DNA from: Candidatus Vampirococcus lugosii | GTDB taxonomy: Bacteria; Patescibacteriota; Gracilibacteria; Absconditabacterales; Absconditicoccaceae | Length of the DNA stretch: 29,990 nt | Assembly (NCBI RefSeq): GCF_018420025.1 | Contig: NZ_JAEDAM010000009.1 | Span: 1-29,990 of the forward strand | Direction of reading: 5' to 3' | Shown: piece by piece, positions 21,386 through 29,517 of the stretch | Layout: each line of letters opens with the position of its first letter | Numbering within the stretch: the stretch's first letter is position 1 | Position numbers and translations under genes: made by a program | Notes under the pieces: model-generated | The model's input: only the letters and a program-made list of their open reading frames with translations | What the model was told of the DNA's origin: nothing | Database searches by the model: none

Positions 21386-23518
21386 ATGAGAAATAATAAA
21401 TGATTTAGTATGATAGAAACTGTGGTGTCAATATGAGTAATTGCTATATTGGCAATAATTGCAGGATTAAGTATTACTATTTGGGTAAGTAAAGCAAGAG
21501 ATGCAGAAGTGGTAAATAATGTAACGACTATAGCATGATGACTTGAAAGTTATCATGTAACAAATTTTGAGTATCCAGAACCAGATGGAAATATTTTAAC
21601 ATGAAATTTGGAGCAGTGAATAATGTGAACTTGAGTTATTGAAGAATTATCAAGTTTTGTAAATGTAAAAAATTTATCAAATTCTAATAAATATATTTAT
21701 AGTACTTATCAAATTTATGATCATTATCAAGTAGTATGATTATTGGAAAATGATGTTCAAATACAGGCATATGATTATATGATAGATAAGGCATATGCAA
21801 ATACAGATGCAACTATAAAACTATGAAATAAAGGATACTATTCAAAATGAACTATTGGAATGCATTTAATAGCAAATCAAGATAATACTTTGGTGCTTGA
21901 ATGAAATGATTTAAAATCAAGTTATAAATTGATAAGTAATATTTGAAATGAAGATATTGTTTTAAATAATTTAGATGATGTTAAAAAAATTTCAGAAACT
22001 ATTGTTAAAAATTGATGATCTTGATGAGATTGATGAAATTCGGATTTGTTATGAACTATTGAATGTAGTGATAAAACAGTTTGAACTACATTTGAAATAT
22101 TTTGAGATACATATTATGTAGCAAGTGATAAAAAAGATATTCAAGATAATATTGATGGAGAAATAGATGGAAGTAATTTTATATGAGATTATCCAGCTAA
22201 TAGAATATGTACAAGTAATGTTACTGATATGAGTAGTTTATTTAATTGAGAAGAAAATTTCAATCAAAATATATCAAATTGGGATACAAGTCAGGTTACT
22301 ACTATGAGACAAATGTTTTGGAATGCAAGTTCATTTAATCAAGATATAGCAAATTGGGATACAAGTAATGTTACTAATATGAAACAAATGTTTTTTAATG
22401 CAAGTTTATTTAATCAAGATATAAGTACTTGGGATACAAGTAATGTTACTACTATGAAAGAAATGTTTTGGAATGCAAGTTTATTTAATAAAGATATATG
22501 AGATTGGGATATAAGTCAGGTTGATACTATGAATATGGAATGAATGTTTAGATGAGCAAGTTCATTTAATCAAGATATAGGTGATTGGGATACGAGTAAT
22601 GTTACTACTATGAGATCGATGTTTTGGAATGCAAGTTCATTTAATCAAGATATAGGTGATTGGGATACAAGTAATGTTACCACTATGAGATCAATGTTTA
22701 GATGAGCAAGTTTATTTAATCAAGATATAGGAAATTGGGATACAAGTAATGTTGATACTATGAGTTATATGTTTAAAGATGCAAGTTTATTTAATCAAGA
22801 TATATCAACTAAAAAAGTAAATGAATGAAGTGATGATGAATATATAGCTTGGGATACGAGTAATGTTACTACTATGAGATCGATGTTTAATTGAGCAAGT
22901 GTATTTAATCAAGATATATGAAGTTGGAATACAAGTAATGTTACTAACATGGAAGATATGTTTTATTGAGCAAGTTCATTTAATCAAAATATATGAAATT
23001 GGGATACAAGTAAGGTTGCTACTATGAATAGAAATAGAGATGGTTGAATGTTTAGATGAGCAAGTTCATTTAATAATGGATGTGATGAATGAGATCTTGG
23101 TTGTGATTTAAATAATTGGGATACAAGTAATATTACTACTATGAGAGAAATGTTTAGATGAGCAAGTTCATTTAATCAAGATATAGGTGATTGGAATACA
23201 AGTTATGTTAAAGATATGACACATATGTTTAACTGAGCAGATAGTTTTAATCAAGATATAGGTGATTGGAATACAAGTAATGTTACTAATATGAGTTATA
23301 TGCTTAAAGCAGAAAATTTTAATAATTGATGTGATAAATGAGTTTCAGGTTGTCCTTTAGGTTGGGATACAAGTAATGTTACTAGTATGTTTCAAATGTT
23401 TAATGATGCAGAAAGTTTTAATCAAGATCTATCATGATGGTCTGTTAGTAGTGTAACAGATAATCGGGCATTTGATGATTGAGCCAATGCACGAACAGAA
23501 CCAAAACCACAATGGTAA
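21386..23518 (+). CDS. Type IV prepilin-like protein fused to a DUF285 / BspA-type leucine-rich repeat domain
   Basis: 710 aa. Class III signal MRNNKG|[22 protein letters not shown] with the -1 Gly encoded by TGA (21401-21403), Glu at +5 and a hydrophobic pilin helix. Then a ~230-aa unique region and ~15 repeats of consensus [11 protein letters not shown].MF.[10 protein letters not shown] (DUF285 signature). Standard-code fragment 22304..22501 is in frame. Confidence 0.85.
22208..23470 (+). repeat. Coding tandem repeat array, 75-nt (25-aa) unit with occasional insertions, about 15 units
   Basis: The Trp codons of successive WDTS motifs at 22280, 22355 and 22430 are exactly 75 nt apart. Neighbouring units (for example from 22583 and from 22658) differ at roughly ten of 75 positions by hand comparison. 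Confidence 0.85.
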
Positions 23519-23537
23519 GCTTGTCCATAATTGAAAT

Positions 23538-23569
23538 AAAAAAACATTTCTATTAAGAAATGTTTTTTT
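23538..23569 (+). terminator. Rho-independent terminator after the pilin-repeat gene
   Basis: Perfect 14-bp inverted repeat AAAAAAACATTTCT (23538-23551), loop ATTA, AGAAATGTTTTTTT (23556-23569). It lies 20 nt after the stop codon and its T-run is part of the 3' arm. Confidence 0.6.
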
Positions 23570-23683
23570 AATAAAAACAAATAAAAAATGATTTTAATCT
23601 TGAAAATATATTAATTTTTAATATATATAATTTGATTAAATGTTTTTTATGAAGTTTTAAATATATAAAAATATTATTAGAAA

Positions 23684-24256
23684 ATGATAAAATATTTTAT
23701 TAGTTTTATATTGTTTTTTTGATTATTATCTTTTGTAAATGCAGATTGTATAGATTTTGATGAATGAAAATTATGTTTAAATTTGGAAAATACTTGAAAT
23801 TGAAATTATAAAGTAAATAAAAATTTTGATAATAATTCTTCAAATAATATTTTTTTGTTATCATGTAGTATATTGACTCCATCTTGAATTTTGAAAGAAT
23901 TATGAGCTTGTGATTGAAGTTTTGAATATAATTGAACTTGAATAAACGATATTAGATATTATGTAGATTTTCAAGACCAAAGAAAAATATTGAATACTAA
24001 AGCTAATTTTGTTTATTTTAAGTATAGACAATGGCAAGAATTTATTTGAGTATATTCTATGTGGCAAGATTTGGTAGATAAATTATGAAATAAATTTCCT
24101 AAATTGGCAAATAATCAAGAATGGATAAATATAAGTAATAATCTTTATAAACAAATGGATAATCTTGTAAATACAGAAAAATCTACTATTGATTCTTATC
24201 AAAATTTTTATGATTTAATAGTTGATTATGTTAGATACAGTATCTCAAAAAAATAA
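23684..24256 (+). CDS. Hypothetical secreted protein (signal peptide, Cys-containing N-domain, helical C-terminus)
   Basis: 190 aa. Signal-like MIKYFISFILFFGLLSFVNA|DC. Five Cys in the first ~90 mature residues. C-terminal helical segment QEWINISNNLYKQMDNLVNTEKSTIDSYQNFYDLIVDYV. Confidence 0.6.
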
Positions 24257-24923
24257 TAAAAAACCTATAATAGAAATTGAAAAATTATCATTTTCTCATA
24301 ATAAATGACAAGAATGTTTTTTTGAAAATTTGGATATTAAATTATCAAAAAGTGATTTGTTAGTTATTTTTTGAAAATCAGGCTCTTGAAAAACTAGTTT
24401 TTTGAATATATTATGAAGTTTAAATAAACCAATTAGTGGTAAAATTTTTTATAATTGATTAAATATTTTTGAACAAAAAAAATCTTTTTTGCAAAATTAT
24501 AGAAATTCCAAAATATGATTTGCTTTTCAAGATTTTAGAATATTAGATGATTTTTCTGTTTATGAAAATATTGTTTTGCCATTTTATATATGAAAATTTA
24601 AAAAAGATATTGACTGGATAAATTATTTGATAGATTATTTTGAAGTTTCTCATTTATTAAATAAAAATATTAAATATATTTCTTGATGAGAAAAAGAAAG
24701 AGTAAGTTTACTAAAATCATTTGCTCATAAGCCACAAATAGTTTTATTGGATGAACCTTGATCTTATTTAAATCAAGATCTTAAAAATAAAATATTTGAT
24801 TTTATATATGAATATTCTCAAAATAATATTTGTGTTATAGTATCTCATGATAATTATTTAATTGATTATTTTTCTTTAAATAAGTTTATTGAAAATAAAG
24901 ATTTAACATTTTATAAAAAATAA
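24228..24923 (+). CDS. ABC transporter ATP-binding protein (MacB/FtsE/LolD-like)
   Basis: 231 aa. The ATG at 24228 overlaps the upstream CDS by 29 nt. Walker A GKSGSGKTS (two TGA Gly), Q-loop FAFQDF, signature ISGGEKERVSL, Walker B IVLLDEPGS, H-loop VSHD. Confidence 0.85.
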
Positions 24924-24926
24924 TTT

Positions 24927-26168
24927 ATGTTTTGGAAATTTATTTATAATGATTTTGTACAAAATAAGTTCAAAAATATTCTTGTAATATTTACATTTTT
25001 TATAGTTATGTTTTTTTCTATTAGTATTTTCATACTTGATAAAAATTTAAATCAATTTATATTTGATCAGACATGAATTTCTGAAAGATTAAAAAATCCA
25101 AATATGCTAGAAGTAATGCCAAAATCTTGAACATTAGAAGCTATTTTATTAGATCGTGAAGATGATAGTAATGATGAAATAATTTCTTTGGAAAATGATG
25201 ATAGAGTACATAAAATATATTATTTTTATAATACTAGATTTCCAAATTCTTTATGAATTAATTTATTTTGAACTGAAATAAAAACTGATTTTTTGATGTA
25301 TATTGCATCTGATGAATTGTTTACTAAATCAAGTTTTAAAAATGATGATATACCATTATGAATATCAAAAAAACTTTTGGATTTATATAATTTTGAATTA
25401 TCAAATAATTCTTTATTTCCAAGAATTACTGAATCACAACTTTCATTATTAAAATTTGATTTAAAATTTAATCATTCAAATATTTTTAATATTAAAGGTA
25501 ATGATTATTCTTGAGCTTGAAGAATAAATACGGTAGATAATAATTTTCCTTTATTATGATTGACTATTCCTTATTCAAAAGCTAAAAAAATATTTGAAAA
25601 TATTTGAGAAAAAAAAATAAATATTCATAAATCTTTGGTTTTTTTGAAAGATAAAAATATGATTAATTCCTTTGTTCAAGATTATCCTAATTTGAATATT
25701 AAAACTTTGGAGTCAGAAAAAGAAAATATAACAAATAAATTATTTGTAATAAAAGCTTTTATGTTTTTTGTTTTGTCTGTTGTAGTATTTGTTTTAATTA
25801 GTTTTATGTTTTTCTTGACTCATTCTATAGTTTTTGATAATAAAAATATATTTAAAATATTGATAAGTCATGGTGCATCGTCTTTATTTATATTTTGAAT
25901 AATTTATTTTAAAATATTTTTTTCTTTTTTGGTGGCATTTATTATATTATTAATATATGTTTATATTTTGAATAATTTAGTATTTATATATATTAGTAAA
26001 TATATATATAATAATTATTCTTTAACTATTGATTTCGTTCCAATATCTTATTTAAATATTTTAATATTATTTTTGTCTTTTTCTATTTTTATTACTATAT
26101 TAGTATTCTTAATATCAAGAAAATCTATTTTTATGAAATATTTAAAAAAATATTTAATATTAAACTAA
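24927..26168 (+). CDS. FtsX/MacB-type ABC transporter permease
   Basis: 413 aa. Starts 4 nt after the ATPase stop. Topology: TM1 (ILVIFTFFIVMFFSISIFIL), a ~230-aa extracytoplasmic domain, then three C-terminal TMs. Standard-code fragments 25635 and 25929 are in the same frame. Confidence 0.75.
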
Positions 26169-26240
26169 TTTTATATTGAAAATAGAATATAAATATATAT
26201 ATTTTATTAGTAAATAATTTTATGAATTTAAACTAAAATA

Positions 26241-27656
26241 ATGAATCTTACATTAGAATCTTATATTAATCATATTAATTCTTGAGAATTAAAAGCTGTT
26301 GATGTTCTTAATAATTATTTAAATAAATCAAAAGATTTAAATAAAGAAAATAATGCATTTGTTAGATTTCATGAAGAATATGCAAATGAATTTATAAAAA
26401 ATTCAGATTCAACAATTTTGAAATGAGCTCCTATTTGAGTAAAAGATATATTTTTAACTAAATGATTAGTTACTAGTTGTTGTTCAAAAATGTTACAAAA
26501 TTATATATCACCTTATAGTTCAACTTGTTTTTTAAATTTGGAAAAAGCTTGAGCATGTATGATATGAAAAACAAATATGGATGAATTTGCAATGTGATCT
26601 AGTACAGAAAATTCTTTTTTTGGTCCTACAATTAATCCATATTGAAAAAATAGAATACCTTGATGAAGTTCTTGAGGTAGTGCTGCTGCTGTTGCTAGTG
26701 ATATGTGTATTGCTTCTTTGTGAACTGATACATGATGAAGTATTAGACAACCTGCAAGTATGTGTTGAGTAGTATGATTTAAACCAACTTATTGAAGAGT
26801 TTCAAGATATGGAATACAAGCTATGGCTTCATCGTTGGATCAAGCTTGAGTTTTTACAAAAACTGTAAAAGATGCGGCTATACTTACTAAATATATGTCA
26901 TGAAAAGATAAAAAAGATGCAACATCTTTAGATTTAGATTTTTCTGATAGTCTAGATTTAGCTTTACAAAAAGATAATTTGAAGTGATATAAAATAGCAG
27001 TAATTAATCAATTTTTTTCTGAAGGTCTAGATCAAGGAGTAAAAAAAATAATACTTGACAAAATAGAAGAGATAAAAGATAAATGAGCAGAAGTAGAATA
27101 TATTGATTTTTCTATATTGGATTATGCTTTGAGTGTTTATTATATTATAATGCCTGCTGAATTAAGTACTAATTTATCAAGATTTGACTGAATTAGATTT
27201 GGTCATCAAGATGAAACTTTTAAATATGATGATATTTATTCTTATTATTCTTCAATAAGAAATGAATGATTTCAAGATGAAGCAAAAAGAAGAATTATGA
27301 TTTGAACTTATGTATTAAGTGCAGGTTATTATGATGCATATTATTTGAGAGCTCAAAAAGTAAGAAAATTAATAAAAGAAGAATATGATAAAATATTTTC
27401 TAAATATGATGCCATAGTTTGACCTGTATCTCCGACTCCTGCTTGGAAAATTTGAGAAAAAATAAATGATCCTATCAAAATGTATTTATCAGATATTTAT
27501 ACTATACCAGTTAATTTAGCTTGATTGCCAGCTATGTCTTTACCAGCATGAAATATTGAAAAAGATTGAGAATCTCTTCCTGTATGATTACATATAATAG
27601 CAAATCAATTAAAAGAAGAAAATATATTTTCTATAGCTTCTGTATTGGAAAAATAA
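26241..27656 (+). CDS. gatA: Glutamyl/aspartyl-tRNA amidotransferase subunit A (amidase signature family)
   Basis: 471 aa. GAPIGVKD; [26 protein letters not shown]; GGSSGGSAAAVA (TGA Gly at 26661, 26664, 26673); [31 protein letters not shown]; [11 protein letters not shown]; [17 protein letters not shown]; LAGLPAMSLP. Confidence 0.92.
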
Positions 27657-27677
27657 TTTAAATATAAAAATATTATA

Positions 27678-28133
27678 ATGGAAATTAATCTTTATGATTG
27701 AGAAAAATTTGAGAGAACAAAAGTTCGGTATATTAGTTTTGTTACATTATATGTATTTTTTATACTAATTTCGTTATTATCTTGAAATATAACTTGAGTA
27801 ATACTACTTTTTTTGTTTCTTGGTTGATATATGTTCTTTAATTTACTTTGAAAAAATAATATAAAAGCAAAAATTTTTGATGAATGATTAAAAATTTGAA
27901 ATAAATTTATTGCTTGGAGTAATGTGCATTGATTTGTACTTGAACTTGATGACAATACAAATCTTATTAAAAATATTGTATTTTTGGTAAATAATACTAA
28001 ACTTGTACATACTCTAAATGATGATAATGAAAAAATAAAAGAATTTATTTTAAATCTTAATGATAAATGTGAAATGTTATCTTATTATGATCAAACTTTT
28101 GTGGATAAAATTATAAGAAAATTAAAAATTTAA
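27678..28133 (+). CDS. Hypothetical membrane protein (two TM helices plus a soluble C-terminal domain)
   Basis: 151 aa. YISFVTLYVFFILISLLSGNITGVILLFLFLGGYMFF. In-frame CGG at 27726. No family recognised. Confidence 0.5.
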
Positions 28134-28152
28134 ATTTTAAACAAAATTAATA

Positions 28153-28434
28153 ATGTCATACAATGATATATTTGAATCTAAAGAAAATGATATAAATGAA
28201 ATTGAAGTATTAAAAAAAGATTTAAATTCTTTGCAAGAATTAGTAGTTGATCAGATTGTAGAAGATTTGGTCTATAAGTTTAAAAATAAAGATTTTGATT
28301 CTTTTCAAAAAAATATCAAGAAAGCTGAAAAATTTAAAAAATGAGTAATAATAACTAAATTTAAATCTTGTTTTGAAAATAATATGAATTCTTTGAACTC
28401 AAAACAAAAAGAAATTATAAATAATTTGAATTAG
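28153..28434 (+). CDS. Hypothetical small protein
   Basis: 93 aa. Standard-code ORF 28153..28344 continues through one TGA to TAG at 28432. Charged and helical-looking. Confidence 0.45.
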
Positions 28435-28533
28435 TATTGAGTGGTGTTTTTATTTTTAATCTAATATTTTAATTTTAATATTAAGTAAATTAAAGTATAT
28501 ATATCGTATATTTATTTTTTAAAATAAAAAATT

Positions 28534-29142
28534 ATGGAATTTAAACTTGTTGATTTGGAATATTGATATGATGAATTTGAGCCGTATATAGATAAAGAAA
28601 CTATGAAAATACATCATAGTAAACATCATCAAACATATGTGGATAAATTAAATAATTCTATAAAATGAACTGATGCAGAATGAAAAAGTTTAGAAGAAAT
28701 ATTTGAAAATATGTCAGATTTTTCTGATGCAATAAGAAATAATTGAGGTTGAGTTTATAATCATAATATTTATTGGTCAAGTATTTCTCCAAATTGATGA
28801 TGAGAACCTAAATGAAAACTTTTTGAAGATATAGTTAATACTTTTGGAAGTTTTGATTTATTTAAAAGTGAAATGGAAAATGCTTGATTATCTCAATTTG
28901 GATCAGGTTGGGCTTGGTTGATAGTTGATAAAGACTGAAATCTTAAAATAACTAAAACACAAAATCAAGATAATCCACTTATGAATATTTTGAGTTCGGA
29001 TAATAGATGAAAACCATTATTTTGTATTGATGTTCGGGAACATGCTTATTATTTGAAATATAACAATAGAAGAAATGATTATTTAAGTAATATATGGAAT
29101 ATTATAAATTGGGATAAAATAAGTGATGATTATAATAATTAA
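28534..29142 (+). CDS. sodA: Fe/Mn-family superoxide dismutase
   Basis: 202 aa. [29 protein letters not shown]; [11 protein letters not shown]; FGSGWAWL; DV-[CGG][15 protein letters not shown]. All four metal-ligand positions are present (H in KIHHSKHH, H in YNHN, D and H in DVxEH). Confidence 0.9.
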
Positions 29143-29164
29143 TATAGCTTTTTTAAATTTAATA

Positions 29165-29199
29165 AAAAATACACTGAAAATAAAATTAGTGTATTTTTT
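29165..29199 (+). terminator. Hairpin plus T-tract after the SOD gene
   Basis: AAAAATACACT (29165-29175), 12-nt loop, AGTGTATTTTT (29188-29198), about 22 nt after the stop codon. Confidence 0.5.
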
Positions 29200-29517
29200 A
29201 TTAAACTCATTTTTGTAGAACAAATTTTCTAAATCTTTAATTTAGAGAACTATTTGCGAGAAATTAAAAATAGATTTATGTACTACACAAATTTTTAGTT
29301 TGCAAATATTCTATTTATAGACATTAATATATGATTGATATAAGTTTTTTAATTATATTTGCGAGTACTTTTTTAATAAACATATTATGATTATTTTTAT
29401 TAAAAATAATAAAACACAAAAAATAATACATTATAATAAAAAAATTATAATTTCAATAGCGAATATTATTATATTCTCTATTGCAGTATAAATTATTTTT
29501 GATTACAGAATATTAGT

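Noticed and set aside
22208-23470. Regularly spaced ~75-nt repeats as a possible CRISPR array
   Set aside because: The repeats are contiguous with no unique spacers. They lie inside one long open reading frame and encode the DUF285 protein repeat.
22208-23470. Two N-x-S/T sequons per repeat (NVT and NAS) as evidence for N-glycosylation linked to the WbaP-type transferase
   Set aside because: NVT is part of the ordinary DUF285 consensus in organisms without N-glycosylation. The transferase is 8 kb away in a different unit, and no oligosaccharyltransferase is visible.
26532-26772. - strand ORF 26532..26750 and alternative-frame + ORF 26581..26772 within gatA
   Set aside because: Both overlap the amidase-signature core of gatA (GGSSGGSAAAVA, GTDTGGSIRQPA), which is read in frame 0. 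Their Ser/Thr/Leu-rich translations are frame artefacts of this locally less AT-rich stretch.
27692-27955. 87-aa - strand ORF opposite the 27678..28133 membrane protein
   Set aside because: The + strand frame gives a coherent two-TM protein, is co-oriented with all its neighbours and is tightly spaced after gatA. The - strand ORF has no support. Confidence in the + strand model is only moderate.
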